A stretch of DNA of 64,000 bases from the NCBI GenBank assembly GCA_965209055.1, contig OZ242374.1:4096001-4160000 (forward strand). Direction: 5' to 3'. Below the pieces are notes generated by a model. The model had not been told where the DNA came from. It saw only the letters and a list, made by a program, of their open reading frames with translations, and did not search any database. This DNA comes from Acidobacteriota bacterium (GTDB taxonomy: Bacteria > Acidobacteriota > UBA6911 > RPQK01 > JAJDTT01). Shown here piece after piece: positions 27,135-37,605 of this stretch (position 1 is the stretch's first letter; each line of letters begins with the position of its first letter). The position numbers and the translations under genes are program-made.

Positions 27135-29468
27135 ATGCGTCCCCGTTCCCTCAAGCTCATCCGGCTGTTCCTGATCGTGGTCCTGGTGACGGCCATGGGA
27201 GCCGTGGTCTGGAGCTTCCTGACCCGGCGGGACGCCCGGCCCCCCTTGGCGCGGGAACGCCTCCTCTCTCCCGAGTTGCTCCAGCAGAGCACCGAATTCG
27301 AGCATACCCATCACGAGGAAGGACGAACCGTCTACAAGGTGGAGGCCGGGACCGGCACCGAAACGGTCAAGAAAATCCATCGTCTTTTCGGCGTGAAACT
27401 GACCCACTTCGGTCCGGACGGGAGTTCTGTCGAGGAGATCTCGGGAGACGAAGCGATTTACCGGGTGGTCGAAAACCGGATCGAGTTCACCGGCAAGGTT
27501 CGTATCGAGCTATCGGATGGAACGACCATTGACGCGGATCGTCTGAAGGCCGACCTGGCCCGGAACGTAGTGGCCATCGAGGAGGGTTTTCGCTTCGGAA
27601 TGGAGAAGCTCTCCGGTCACGGCCGGTCTCTCAGCTACGAGATCCGGCAGAGCCGGCTTCGGATCGACGACGAGTTCGAGCTGAACATCACCCAAGGCGC
27701 CGATCGCCTCCAGGTGACGGCGTCACGGGCTTTGTACGATCTGGAGGACCGCAGGGTCGATCTGTTGGACGGGGCCCGGATCCAAGGTCCCCAGGGGGAC
27801 CTCGCCGCCGGGTACGTCCGTGTCTTTCTGACCGACGACCGGGCCGTGGAGAGGATGTTCACCTCGCGCGGCGTGCGACTGGTGCTGGATTCGGACCGGA
27901 CCTTCACCGGGGAGTCCATCCATCTGTTCGCGGCTGCCGATGGGGGGAGGATCCAGAGCTTCTATGTCTACTCGGGCAAAGCCACACCCGATTCTCCTGA
28001 ACAGCGCGCCGTGTACGAAGACCCCGAGACCTATCTGGAAGCGGATCGCATCGATGGGTTGGCCGGATCTCCAGGCGCGGAGGAGACACGGTTTCTGGCG
28101 CACCGGCGCGTCGTCTTCCGTTCCCGGAATCTGGGTCTGGAAGAAGGGCGCGCCGACGAGTTGACAGCTCATCTGAGTCTTGAACATCACCGGCTCAAGT
28201 GGCTGGAAATGCGGGGAAAGACGGCACTGGTCGGTCGGCTTCGAGAGCTCGACGATTCTCGCGAGTCGATCCAAGGAGACCTGCTGGTTCTGGATCTTGG
28301 CGCTGACGGAGTCTTGGATCGCGCCACCATTTCAGGGAACACCGTAGCCCGGTCCCGAACCGGAGAGGGGACTTCGGCCCAGCTTCGAGCCGGACGAATG
28401 GACGCATTTTACCGGGGTGGAATACTGAAGAGGCTCGTGGCCACGCAAAACCCGGTTCTGCGCCAGCAGGTTCCCGAGGGGGAACGGACTGTGGAGTCGG
28501 ACCGCATGGAGGCTGTTTTCGAGGAGGAGGGCGTGCTGAGTGTGGCGGCGGTGGGCGGGGTCCGTTGGACCATGAATTCGGAAACCACGAAACGGGACGG
28601 GGAAAGCGGGCGGCTCGATCTTGGATTCCTCGGCGAGCAAATCCACGAAGCCCGGGGGGAGGGCCAGGTGGTCTACCGGGAAGAAAGTTCTTCCGGACGC
28701 GTCACCCTGAAGGCGAGCAACGCTGAGTTCGACGCCGGACAGAACTTGTTTTCCTTTTCGGACCCGGACGGCGCCCACCTTTACTACTCCGAAGATACGA
28801 TGGAAGGCGCAGGCGGGGTGGAGTCGCGGACCCGGGCGGACGGATTTCAGGTGGACGCGGGCGGGGAAGAACTGTCTGCGGCCGGGAGAGTCCAGACCCT
28901 CTTCAGTCGTCCCGGGAAAGAACCGGTTCTGATCCAGGCCGATCGCCTGGTGTTGGATTCCGGTGCCAAATCCCTCTCCTATGCCGGCAATCCGCGGATC
29001 CTCCGGGAATCCCACCTGATCGCGGGAACGACGATTCGCTTGGACTCGGCCGGTGAACGGCTGGAGGTCCAGGACGTGGACAGCACCTTTTGGGACCCTG
29101 GGGAAGTATCGGGCCGCCAATACCGGATCCAGGCGCCCCAGCTCGTCTACCAGCGGAGCTCCGGAAGGGCGGCCTACCGAGGCGGCGTCCGGATGCAGTC
29201 CGGTCACTTCCAGGTGAAATCCTCCCATGTGGACTTCCAGTTGGAGGATTCCCCTGCGAGCACCATTCAGAGCATTGCCGCGGGAGGAGAGGTCGAGATC
29301 CGGCAGGGAGATCGAAGGGCCCGGGGCGATCATGCCGTGTATCATCCCCGGGAGGGCCGCGTGGAGTTGACCGGGGAACTCGCCGAGGTGATGGAGCCGC
29401 TGCGCGGCAGCGCGTCCGGGCGGAGGGTGACGTTGTTCGTGGAAACCGACAGGATCGTCATCGACTAG
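27135..29468 (+). CDS. lptC: Long LptC/LptA(OstA)-type LPS transport protein
   Basis: N-terminal TM followed by repeated beta-jellyroll-like segments (e.g. ARGDHAVY..VELTG); directly upstream of lptB. Confidence 0.78.
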   Translation: MRPRSLKLIRLFLIVVLVTAMGAVVWSFLTRRDARPPLARERLLSPELLQQSTEFEHTHHEEGRTVYKVEAGTGTETVKKIHRLFGVKLTHFGPDGSSVEEISGDEAIYRVVENRIEFTGKVRIELSDGTTIDADRLKADLARNVVAIEEGFRFGMEKLSGHGRSLSYEIRQSRLRIDDEFELNITQGADRLQVTASRALYDLEDRRVDLLDGARIQGPQGDLAAGYVRVFLTDDRAVERMFTSRGVRLVLDSDRTFTGESIHLFAAADGGRIQSFYVYSGKATPDSPEQRAVYEDPETYLEADRIDGLAGSPGAEETRFLAHRRVVFRSRNLGLEEGRADELTAHLSLEHHRLKWLEMRGKTALVGRLRELDDSRESIQGDLLVLDLGADGVLDRATISGNTVARSRTGEGTSAQLRAGRMDAFYRGGILKRLVATQNPVLRQQVPEGERTVESDRMEAVFEEEGVLSVAAVGGVRWTMNSETTKRDGESGRLDLGFLGEQIHEARGEGQVVYREESSSGRVTLKASNAEFDAGQNLFSFSDPDGAHLYYSEDTMEGAGGVESRTRADGFQVDAGGEELSAAGRVQTLFSRPGKEPVLIQADRLVLDSGAKSLSYAGNPRILRESHLIAGTTIRLDSAGERLEVQDVDSTFWDPGEVSGRQYRIQAPQLVYQRSSGRAAYRGGVRMQSGHFQVKSSHVDFQLEDSPASTIQSIAAGGEVEIRQGDRRARGDHAVYHPREGRVELTGELAEVMEPLRGSASGRRVTLFVETDRIVID

Positions 29469-29629
29469 CCGGCCCCGCCAACGGCGCCGTGACCCGTCGT
29501 CGCCGGGCCCGGAACCGGCGGTTGTGCCGGTCTGGCGTCGGTTACCGTCGTTCGCAGTCTTTTGCTTGACATGGGGAATCCCGCGCCGAGTTGGACACGG
29601 TCCGATACCGTCCTGTTTTCCCGTTTCAA

Positions 29630-30376
29630 ATGAGCAAGGGGGACATTCTGGAGAAGGTTCTCAAGGCACGGAGCCTCTATAAATCATATCGGAGCAGGCA
29701 GGTGGTCGGTGACGTGAGCCTCACCATCTCATCGGGTGAGGTCGTTGGCCTGCTGGGTCCCAACGGCGCCGGAAAGACCACCACCTTCTACATGATCGTC
29801 GGTTTGCTGGATCCGGACAGGGGCGAGGTGTTTCTGGACGGCGAGGACATCACTCCCCTGCCCATGTACGTTCGGGCGCGAAGAGGGATCAGCTACCTCT
29901 CCCAGGAACCTTCCGTGTTTCGCCGGCTCTCGGTGGAGGACAATCTGTACGCCATCGCCGAAACCCTGGATCTTCCCCACGGGGAATCGGACCAGTTGGT
30001 CAGCGAGCTGCTGGAGGAATTTGGGATCGCTGCCCTGAGGGACCGTCCGGCCTATACCCTTTCCGGCGGCGAGAGGCGGCGTCTGGAAATCGCTCGCGCG
30101 CTGGTGATCCGGCCCGATTTCATCTTGCTGGACGAGCCGTTCGCCGGAATCGATCCCATTGCCGTCCTGGATATCCAACGCATGGTCACCCGGCTCCAAG
30201 CGCGGAATATCGGTGTGTTGATCACTGATCACAACGTTCGCGAAACTCTTCGGATCACGGATCGGGCCTACATCATCACCGAAGGCAGGATCTTTCGAGC
30301 AGGCACCCCGGACCTGCTCTCCGCCGATCCGGACGTCCGCAAAGTTTACCTGGGAGATCACTTCCAGCTATACTGA
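29630..30376 (+). CDS. lptB: LPS export ABC ATPase
   Basis: [35 protein letters not shown]. Confidence 0.97.
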   Translation: MSKGDILEKVLKARSLYKSYRSRQVVGDVSLTISSGEVVGLLGPNGAGKTTTFYMIVGLLDPDRGEVFLDGEDITPLPMYVRARRGISYLSQEPSVFRRLSVEDNLYAIAETLDLPHGESDQLVSELLEEFGIAALRDRPAYTLSGGERRRLEIARALVIRPDFILLDEPFAGIDPIAVLDIQRMVTRLQARNIGVLITDHNVRETLRITDRAYIITEGRIFRAGTPDLLSADPDVRKVYLGDHFQLY

Positions 30377-30591
30377 GTCCAGTGGGCGCCGGTTGGACTG
30401 GCCTGAAGCTTCCCGTCGTACTGCAGGGATTCATCCGGAAAAGACGGCGCCAGGAAGCATTCTCGTTCGGAGGGAAACGAGGGCCAGCGAAGTCCAACGG
30501 GATGCTGGCCGGGCCAAATCCGGACCAAATGACGTGCCGACTTTTGCTTCGGGCCGCCAAGGGACCCTGAACCGGAACACTCCGGAGTGCC

Positions 30592-32037
30592 ATGAGTCGA
30601 CGCGCTCAATTGAAACCCTCCCTGGTACTCGGCCTGTCGCAACGGCTGGCCATCACCCCCTCGCTCCTCCAGAAGATTGAACTCCTCTCCGTAAACCAGT
30701 TGGAACTCTCGGAGATTCTCCAACAGGAGCTGGAGGAGAACCCCTTGTTGGACGACGTTTCGGATCATTTCGAAGCCGGCCCGGAGGTTTCGGAACCGGC
30801 CCGGGAATCGGAGCAGGACGCGGACCCGCCGGAGGAGGGAAGCCACCTGGAAGACCTGGACTTCGAATATTTCTTCGGAGACTACCTGGGATCGAGTTAC
30901 GAGCGCCAGGAATTCGAACCGGTGGAACAGAAGGCTTCATTCGAGCAGTTCCTCTCATCCGCCGATACTTTGTGGGATTACCTGAATTGGCAGTTGAATC
31001 TGAACGGTATGGATCCGGACCTGCGGGAGATTGCCCATTTCATCGTGGGAAATCTGGACGAGGACGGTTACCTGACCCTCACCCCGAAGGAGATCTGCCA
31101 GCAGTTGCAGGTTCCTTCAGGTCGAGTCGACGATGCTCTGGCGGCGGTGCAGTCCCTCGATCCGGTGGGCGTCGCCTGCCGCGACCTGCGCGAATGCCTC
31201 TTGCTGCAGGCGAGAGCTGCGGGTCTGGAGGACTCTCTGGTCGGCGCACTGATTCGGGACTGCCTGCCGCTGATCGAAGGCAGGAAATATTCCAGGATTC
31301 TGAATCACCTGGCATGCGATCCCAAGGATCTCTCCCGCGCTCTCGAACTGATTCGAGGCTTTTCGCCGCGCCCGGGGCAGAAATTTGCCTCCGCCCAACC
31401 GGTTTACGTCCGGCCGGACGTGCACATTCGAAAGATTGAAGGCGAATACCAGGTCAGCCTCAATGACGATGGGCTGCCCAAGCTGAAAATCAACCGTGCC
31501 TACCGGAAGCTGCTTCGCAAGCACGGCGTCTCCAAGGAAACCAAGAGCTTCATCCGCGAGCGATTCCGGTCGGCCATCGAGTTGCTGCGAGGGGTGGATC
31601 AACGGCAGGAGACCATCTTTAGAGTCTGTCGCGTCATCGTCCGGCACCAGTACGACTTCATGGAATCGGGCATCCGGAAGTTGAGGCCGTTGTTGATCAA
31701 GGATGTGGCCGATGAACTGGGTGTTCATCCGTCCACCATCAGCCGCGTCGTCGCCAACAAGTATGCCCACACCCCGCAGGGCATGATGGAGTTGCGCCGA
31801 TTTTTCTCCGTGGGCGTGGGGCACGCCAATGGAGAGAACGTCTCCACCATGCAGGTGAAGGACCGGCTCAAGACCCTGATCCGGCGCGAGGATCCCAAAA
31901 AGCCCCTGTCCGACCAGAAACTCACCAACCTGTTGAACCGGGACGGGATCCGCATCACCCGTCGCACCGTCGCCAAGTATCGGGATCAGATGAGAATTCC
32001 CGGGTCGCTCGCCAGGAAGAAGGCGAACTTGTTGTAG
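30592..32037 (+). CDS. rpoN: RNA polymerase sigma-54
   Basis: ENPLL, GNLDEDGYL, HPSTISR, RpoN box RRTVAKYR. Confidence 0.97.
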   Translation: MSRRAQLKPSLVLGLSQRLAITPSLLQKIELLSVNQLELSEILQQELEENPLLDDVSDHFEAGPEVSEPARESEQDADPPEEGSHLEDLDFEYFFGDYLGSSYERQEFEPVEQKASFEQFLSSADTLWDYLNWQLNLNGMDPDLREIAHFIVGNLDEDGYLTLTPKEICQQLQVPSGRVDDALAAVQSLDPVGVACRDLRECLLLQARAAGLEDSLVGALIRDCLPLIEGRKYSRILNHLACDPKDLSRALELIRGFSPRPGQKFASAQPVYVRPDVHIRKIEGEYQVSLNDDGLPKLKINRAYRKLLRKHGVSKETKSFIRERFRSAIELLRGVDQRQETIFRVCRVIVRHQYDFMESGIRKLRPLLIKDVADELGVHPSTISRVVANKYAHTPQGMMELRRFFSVGVGHANGENVSTMQVKDRLKTLIRREDPKKPLSDQKLTNLLNRDGIRITRRTVAKYRDQMRIPGSLARKKANLL

Positions 32038-32072
32038 CCCTCGCTCTGAGGGTCGCAGGCGAGGCGTGAACC

Positions 32073-33065
32073 ATGCAGAATCATTCCATCCCCCCGGTGA
32101 CGGTCCGGCAGTTCTACGAGTCCATGGACCCGGCCCTGAACCTGGCGCTAGCCTCCAGCGGGGCGGGTCTGGACAACTCCATCTCGTCTCCCAGAATTCA
32201 GAAGTTGGGCCTGGCCCTTTCGGGATACACGCGCTATCTGCACCGGGGTCGGGTGCAGTTCGTTGGCCGCACCGAGATCTACTACATGGAGGAGTTGTCT
32301 CCGGAACGTCGCCGCAAGGTTTTCGCCGATGCCTTCGACGTTGGACTCTGTTGCGTTCTGGTAACGACCGGTTTGGCGCCGCCGCCCGATTTTCTGGCCG
32401 AGGCGGAAAGGGCCGCGACTCCGGTCCTCACGACGACGGCGCTCAGCTCCAAGGCCATCGTCGAGGTCACGGCCAATCTGCAGGAACACCTGGCCCTGAC
32501 CCACACCATCCATGGAGTCCTGGTGGAGCTCTTGGGGCTTGGGGTCCTGCTGGTTGGGGAATCGGGGATTGGCAAGAGCGAGTGCGCACTGGACCTGATC
32601 CTGAGGGGCCACCGCCTGGTGAGCGACGATCTGGTGGTATTGAAGAGGGTCTCGGGCGAGAGCCTCGTGGGGTCGGGTCTTCCGGATGCCCCCTTTCACA
32701 TGGAATTGCGGGGGTTGGGCATCATCAACGTCAGGGATCTGTTCGGGATCTCGGTGTTGAGCCCCGCCCGGCCCGTCGATCTGGTGATCAAGCTGGAAGA
32801 ATGGCCGGAGCGGGATACCCGGGACCGGTTGGGACTGGAGGAAGAGAAGTATCGCGTCCTGGGAGTCGATCTTCCGCTGATCACGATTCCGGTGGCGCCT
32901 GGACGAACCCTGGCGACCCTGGTGGAGGTGGCCGTCAGAATCCAGAAACTGAAGATGCAGGGCTATAATCCCGCGCTGGAGTCGATTCGCCTCCTGGAAC
33001 GGCGGATTCAAGTACCGTGGGGTCATGGAGAACAACCCCGGGCAGGGGATGGAGACAATGAATGA
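32073..33065 (+). CDS. hprK: HPr(Ser) kinase/phosphorylase
   Basis: HGVLV, GESGIGKSE, LVSDD, MELRGLGII. Confidence 0.96.
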   Translation: MQNHSIPPVTVRQFYESMDPALNLALASSGAGLDNSISSPRIQKLGLALSGYTRYLHRGRVQFVGRTEIYYMEELSPERRRKVFADAFDVGLCCVLVTTGLAPPPDFLAEAERAATPVLTTTALSSKAIVEVTANLQEHLALTHTIHGVLVELLGLGVLLVGESGIGKSECALDLILRGHRLVSDDLVVLKRVSGESLVGSGLPDAPFHMELRGLGIINVRDLFGISVLSPARPVDLVIKLEEWPERDTRDRLGLEEEKYRVLGVDLPLITIPVAPGRTLATLVEVAVRIQKLKMQGYNPALESIRLLERRIQVPWGHGEQPRAGDGDNE

Positions 33066-33478
33066 AACGACAACGGACCCAAATCGGTGGACTTGTCGTC
33101 ACTCACGGGAGACTGGGCCATGAGCTGGTCGCCGCCGCGGAGATGATCGTCGGCGAAATTCCCCACGTGCTGCCGGTCTCCATCGGATGGCATGACGACG
33201 TGGAACGGTCCCGGCAGGGGATCGAAGAAGCCATCAGCACCCTGGACCGGGGCGGCGGCGTCATCATCCTGACCGACATGTTCGGAGGGACGCCGTCCAA
33301 CCTGACTCTCGCTCTGTTGAAGAAGGGAGAAGTGGAAATCGTCACCGGAGTGAACCTTCCCATGATCATCAAGCTGGCCAATCAAACGGGCAAGGAGGAC
33401 CTGAACGAACTCGCGCAACGGGTCCTGGAACAGGGGCAGAAACACATCGCGTTGGCCAGCGGGTTGCTGGGGGAATGA
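33062..33478 (+). CDS. PTS EIIA, mannose family
   Basis: VVTHG, LTDMFGGTPSN, TGVNLPM. Confidence 0.93.
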   Translation: MKRQRTQIGGLVVTHGRLGHELVAAAEMIVGEIPHVLPVSIGWHDDVERSRQGIEEAISTLDRGGGVIILTDMFGGTPSNLTLALLKKGEVEIVTGVNLPMIIKLANQTGKEDLNELAQRVLEQGQKHIALASGLLGE

Positions 33479-33750
33479 TCCGGCGGGTCGTGCAAATCCG
33501 AAATCGTCTGGGGTTGCACGCCCGCGCGGCAGCCAAGCTGGTCAGAACGGCATCCCACTATGACAGCGACGTGAAACTTTCCAGGGCCGGCGGGTCCCAG
33601 GAGATTGACGGCAAGAGCATACTGGGGATTCTCTTGTTGGCGGCCTCTTGCGGAACCGAGCTCGAATTCACGATTCGCGGGTCCGACGAGATCGAGGCGG
33701 CCGAGGCCATCGAGACTCTGGTCAGGAACCGGTTTGGAGAAGAGAAATGA
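33475..33750 (+). CDS. ptsH: Phosphocarrier protein HPr
   Basis: GLHARAA (His15), DGKSILG (Ser46). Confidence 0.95.
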   Translation: MIRRVVQIRNRLGLHARAAAKLVRTASHYDSDVKLSRAGGSQEIDGKSILGILLLAASCGTELEFTIRGSDEIEAAEAIETLVRNRFGEEK

Positions 33751-33833
33751 TTTCGCGGGCTTGATGCCCGGCGTGATCGACACGATTCGGTCCTGATAGG
33801 AAGACCCGGGTCTTTGCTGTATTTTCGAGGGAA

Positions 33834-35633
33834 ATGGTGGAGAAGCTGCAACGCAACGAATCCGGCCGGAGGTTGGTGGGCACACCCCTGTCTCCAGGAA
33901 TCGGGGCTGGAAGAGCGTATCGGATCGAGCAACACGCGCCGGACTTCCATCGACTGTACCTTTCGGCGGCTGAAGCGCCTCGGGAGCTGGAGAGGCTGCA
34001 GGAAGCCCTGGCCAAGTCCCGGGAGCAACTGGTCCGGATCAAGGAACGATTCGAGCAGCAACTGGGCAAGGAACACTCCTATATCATCGATGCCCATCGC
34101 CTGATCCTTGAAGATCGGGAGTTCCTGGACCAGATCCGAACCAAGATCAGGGATCATCTGTACGGTCCCGAGCGGGCCGTCTGGGAAGCCACTGAGGAGT
34201 GGCTGGCCGTGTACCGCACCTTGACCGACCCCTTTTTCCGGGACCGGGGATCGGACCTGGAAGAAGTGGCGCGGCGAATCGTTGCCAATCTGGGTGAGTC
34301 CGGACCGCCCCGCCAGGAGGAACGATCGTCCGAAGACCTGATCCTCGTGGGGCCGGAAATCGGCCTCTCGGATCTGGCCAGTTTCCCGCTGGCCCAGGTC
34401 AAGGGACTCGTTTCGACCCGTGGGGGGCAGACCTCGCATATCACCATCATCGCCCGCGTGCACCGCATTCCGGCTGTTTCCGGCGTCCGGGAGGTGGAGG
34501 GGAACATTCGCACCGGCGACGAAATGATCGTCGACGGTTCCGAAGGTGTGGTGCTGGTGCAGCCGTCGGCGGGAGAGCGCCGGGATTTCCAGGTGTTGCT
34601 GCGGGAGGAGCAACGTCGCAGCTCCGAGTTGGAAGGGGACTTCAGACCGTCGTCTACGGCTGACGGGAGGGTCGTTTCCGTACTCGCAAACACCGACATG
34701 GAGGACGAAGCCACGGTGGCATTCGATTTGGGTGCGGAAGGAATCGGACTGTTTCGTTCCGAGTTCGTCTACATGGGCGAAATGAGTGGTCCCGTCCGCT
34801 TCGAAGAGCAGTTGAGCATCTATCGGCGGTTGGCCCGCCTGACGGGCCCGCGGCCCGCCGTCATTCGAACGCTGGACATGGGAACGGAAGATCACCCCTA
34901 CTTCACGCGGCTGGCCGGCGAGGGACCCGTACTGGGCCTCCGGGGGATTCGCCTGAGTCTGGACCGTCCCCAACTGTTTCGGGACCAGGCGAGGGCCATC
35001 GTCAGTGCCCGCAGAGAGGGGAACCTGCGAATCCTCCTCCCCATGATCTCAAGCGCCGACGAACTGGTCACCGCCCGCGAGCTGATTCGGGAAGTGGAGC
35101 GGGAGGTGTCCGAAAAAACCGGATTTGACCCGGAATCACCGATCCAGGTGGGCGCCATGATCGAGGTTCCTTCCGCCGTACTGGTGCTGGACGGAATCTG
35201 CCGGCATGCCGATTTCGTGTCGGTGGGCAGCAATGATCTGATCCAGTTCACGCTGGCGGTCGACCGATCCAGCGACCTCCTGTCCCGCCTCTTCAATCCC
35301 CTCCATCCGGCTATCCTGAAGAGCCTGGAACGGGTGGCCAGAGTCGCGTCCCGGAATCGCATACCCGCCTATGTCTGCGGAGAGGTGGCCGCGCAGCCGC
35401 TTTACGCATACCTCCTCATCGGCATGGGTTTCCAGCGGCTTTCCATGAACCCGTTCGCCATTCCGATGGTCAAGAAAAGAATTCGGGAGATGGTCTACGA
35501 GGAGGCCCGGGAGAGGATCCGGGAACTGTTGCGGTTCTCCACGATTCAGGAAGTCGAACGGTACGTGAAACGTGAGATGCCGTCGTGGGAAACGGTGGGT
35601 CAGGAATCAGGTTCCCGGTTCGTCAAGAGTTGA
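33834..35633 (+). CDS. ptsI: PEP-protein phosphotransferase (enzyme I)
   Basis: GGQTSH, GIGLFRSEF, RTLDMG, LGLRGIR, MIEVP, GSNDL, VCGE. Confidence 0.95.
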   Translation: MVEKLQRNESGRRLVGTPLSPGIGAGRAYRIEQHAPDFHRLYLSAAEAPRELERLQEALAKSREQLVRIKERFEQQLGKEHSYIIDAHRLILEDREFLDQIRTKIRDHLYGPERAVWEATEEWLAVYRTLTDPFFRDRGSDLEEVARRIVANLGESGPPRQEERSSEDLILVGPEIGLSDLASFPLAQVKGLVSTRGGQTSHITIIARVHRIPAVSGVREVEGNIRTGDEMIVDGSEGVVLVQPSAGERRDFQVLLREEQRRSSELEGDFRPSSTADGRVVSVLANTDMEDEATVAFDLGAEGIGLFRSEFVYMGEMSGPVRFEEQLSIYRRLARLTGPRPAVIRTLDMGTEDHPYFTRLAGEGPVLGLRGIRLSLDRPQLFRDQARAIVSARREGNLRILLPMISSADELVTARELIREVEREVSEKTGFDPESPIQVGAMIEVPSAVLVLDGICRHADFVSVGSNDLIQFTLAVDRSSDLLSRLFNPLHPAILKSLERVARVASRNRIPAYVCGEVAAQPLYAYLLIGMGFQRLSMNPFAIPMVKKRIREMVYEEARERIRELLRFSTIQEVERYVKREMPSWETVGQESGSRFVKS

Positions 35634-35691
35634 CCTGTTGAAGGCTCGACCGGTGCCGGAGGGAAATGGAACCGACTGGCGGTGAGTAGCC

Positions 35692-36243
35692 ATGACCTCA
35701 GCCAACCAGCTCACGGTGCTTCGGATCCTCGCCGTTCCGCTATTTGTGGGGCTGGTCGTTTCCGGGTCCGTCGGCGCCGCTCTGACAGTGTTCATTCTGG
35801 CCGGGGTTACGGACCTTTTGGACGGGCTGATCGCCCGGAAATTCGGCCAGCGGACGGCTTTGGGCAGGTTTCTGGATCCCTTGGCCGACAAGCTCCTGAT
35901 GGTCGGCGCTCTGGTGGTGCTCTCCCTGGAGAACCCGGCTCTGGAGGTCCGGATACCGCATTGGTTGACTCTGTCGGTGGTGGCGCGGGACTTGGTTCTT
36001 GGAATCGGCGCCCTCTGGTCCTACGTCTTCACCGGCACGAAGGCGTTTCCGCCGTCCATCCTGGGGAAGTTGTCCACACTTGCCCAGTTCACAACCATCC
36101 TGGCGGTCCTCGTGGACAACGTGATCCCGTGGCGGATACCGTTTCACGCAGGACTCTTCGGTCTCACGGCCGTTCTGGCCCTGGGCAGCGGTCTCCAGTA
36201 CCTGGTCCGCGGCGTCCGTATCCTTGCGCCTGATCGGCGCTGA
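35692..36243 (+). CDS. CDP-alcohol phosphatidyltransferase (PgsA-like)
   Basis: NQLTVLR; DLLDGLIAR...GRFLDPLADK. Confidence 0.92.
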   Translation: MTSANQLTVLRILAVPLFVGLVVSGSVGAALTVFILAGVTDLLDGLIARKFGQRTALGRFLDPLADKLLMVGALVVLSLENPALEVRIPHWLTLSVVARDLVLGIGALWSYVFTGTKAFPPSILGKLSTLAQFTTILAVLVDNVIPWRIPFHAGLFGLTAVLALGSGLQYLVRGVRILAPDRR

Positions 36244-36269
36244 ATCGCCTGCATTTCGGAAGGTGAGTC

Positions 36270-37052
36270 ATGAAATTCCGGAACCTGAGTCTGGAGATCG
36301 ATTCGGGAGGGGTGGCCGAGCTCACCCTGGAACGGCCGGAGGTCCTGAACGCCTTGAACGAGGAGACGATTCGGGAGTTGGACGCGGCCTTCCGGTCCCT
36401 GGAACGGGATGAGAATGTCCGGGTCGTGCTCCTTTCAGGCGCCGGGAAGGCATTTTCCGCCGGGGCCGACATCCCTGAGGTCCACCGGTTGGACGCCGGG
36501 ACCTCCCAGGCATTCTCCCGGCGTGGCCAGGCCGTCCTGAATCGGATCGAGCGGGGGTCGAAAGCGGTTCTGGCTGCAGTGCGTGGCTTCTGTCTTGGCG
36601 GGGGCTGCGAGCTGGCGTTGGCGTGTCACATCCGGATTGCCGGGTCGGATGCACGAATCGGATTGCCTGAAGTGAAGCTGGGCATCATTCCCGGCTACGG
36701 CGGCACGCAACGCCTGGCACGAATCGTGGGACGCTCCAAGGCGCTCGAGTTGTTGCTTTGCGGGAGGACCATGACGGCCCGGGAGGCCCTGGCGGCCGGT
36801 CTGGTGGTCCGCGTCGTGGAGCCGGACGATCTTCTGTCCACCTGTCGAGAACTGGCGTCCCGGATCGCCGGCCAGGCCCCTTTGGCCGTCAGGTACTGTT
36901 TTGAGGCGGTCAATCGGGGTTACGACCTGCCCCTGCAAGCGGGACTCGACCTGGAAACGGCCCTCTTCGGGCTGGCTTCCGGCACGGATGACATGAAGGA
37001 GGGGACCCGGGCCTTCATGGAAAAGAGACGCCCCCATTTCAAGGGCAAATGA
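36270..37052 (+). CDS. Enoyl-CoA hydratase/crotonase
   Basis: FSAGADI, LGGGCELA, LPEVKLGIIPGYGGTQRL. Confidence 0.93.
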   Translation: MKFRNLSLEIDSGGVAELTLERPEVLNALNEETIRELDAAFRSLERDENVRVVLLSGAGKAFSAGADIPEVHRLDAGTSQAFSRRGQAVLNRIERGSKAVLAAVRGFCLGGGCELALACHIRIAGSDARIGLPEVKLGIIPGYGGTQRLARIVGRSKALELLLCGRTMTAREALAAGLVVRVVEPDDLLSTCRELASRIAGQAPLAVRYCFEAVNRGYDLPLQAGLDLETALFGLASGTDDMKEGTRAFMEKRRPHFKGK

Positions 37053-37131
37053 TGCCGAAAGCCTCGCAGCCCGTGGCAAGAGTCACCACGGACTGCAAGT
37101 CGTAGTAGACTGGGGCCTGGGAGAAACGGAC

Positions 37132-37605
37132 GTGAAGGAAATCACAGGACGTATGAATGGCGCGGATCTCAGGATCGGCGTCGTGGTCAGCCGGTTCAAC
37201 GACTTGGTCACCGATCGGCTTCTGAAGGGCGCGTTGGGCGTGCTCCACCGATACGGAGTCCCGGATGATGGAGTAACCGTCATTCATGTGCCCGGCAGCT
37301 TTGAAATCCCATTTGCCGCCCGCAAACTGGCGACGGCCGGGATCTGCGACGCGGTGGTCTGCCTCGGAACCCTGATTCGGGGAGAGACGGACCATTACGA
37401 ATACCTGGCCTCGCATGTGACGGGGACCCTGTCACGATTGGCCTTGGAGCAGGACGTCCCCATCACCTACGGCCTGATCACGGCGGAGACCACCGAGCAG
37501 GCCATCAATCGCGCCGGCTTGAAACATGGCAACAAGGGGGCGGAGGCCGCGTCCGCCGCTGTGGAAATGGCCGACCTGGCGCGCCAGAAGCTGGCGGACG
37601 GCTGA
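37132..37605 (+). CDS. ribH: 6,7-dimethyl-8-ribityllumazine synthase
   Basis: VVSRFN, VPGSFEIP, IRGETDH, NKGAEAA. Confidence 0.97.
   Translation: MKEITGRMNGADLRIGVVVSRFNDLVTDRLLKGALGVLHRYGVPDDGVTVIHVPGSFEIPFAARKLATAGICDAVVCLGTLIRGETDHYEYLASHVTGTLSRLALEQDVPITYGLITAETTEQAINRAGLKHGNKGAEAASAAVEMADLARQKLADG

Noticed and set aside
29566-29600. TTGACA promoter upstream of lptB
   Set aside because: Perfect -35 but no acceptable -10 at 16-18 nt spacing.
37053-37131. FMN riboswitch upstream of ribH, or Moco riboswitch upstream of moaD
   Set aside because: The ribH spacer is too short and lacks the conserved FMN motifs; moaD appears leaderless.
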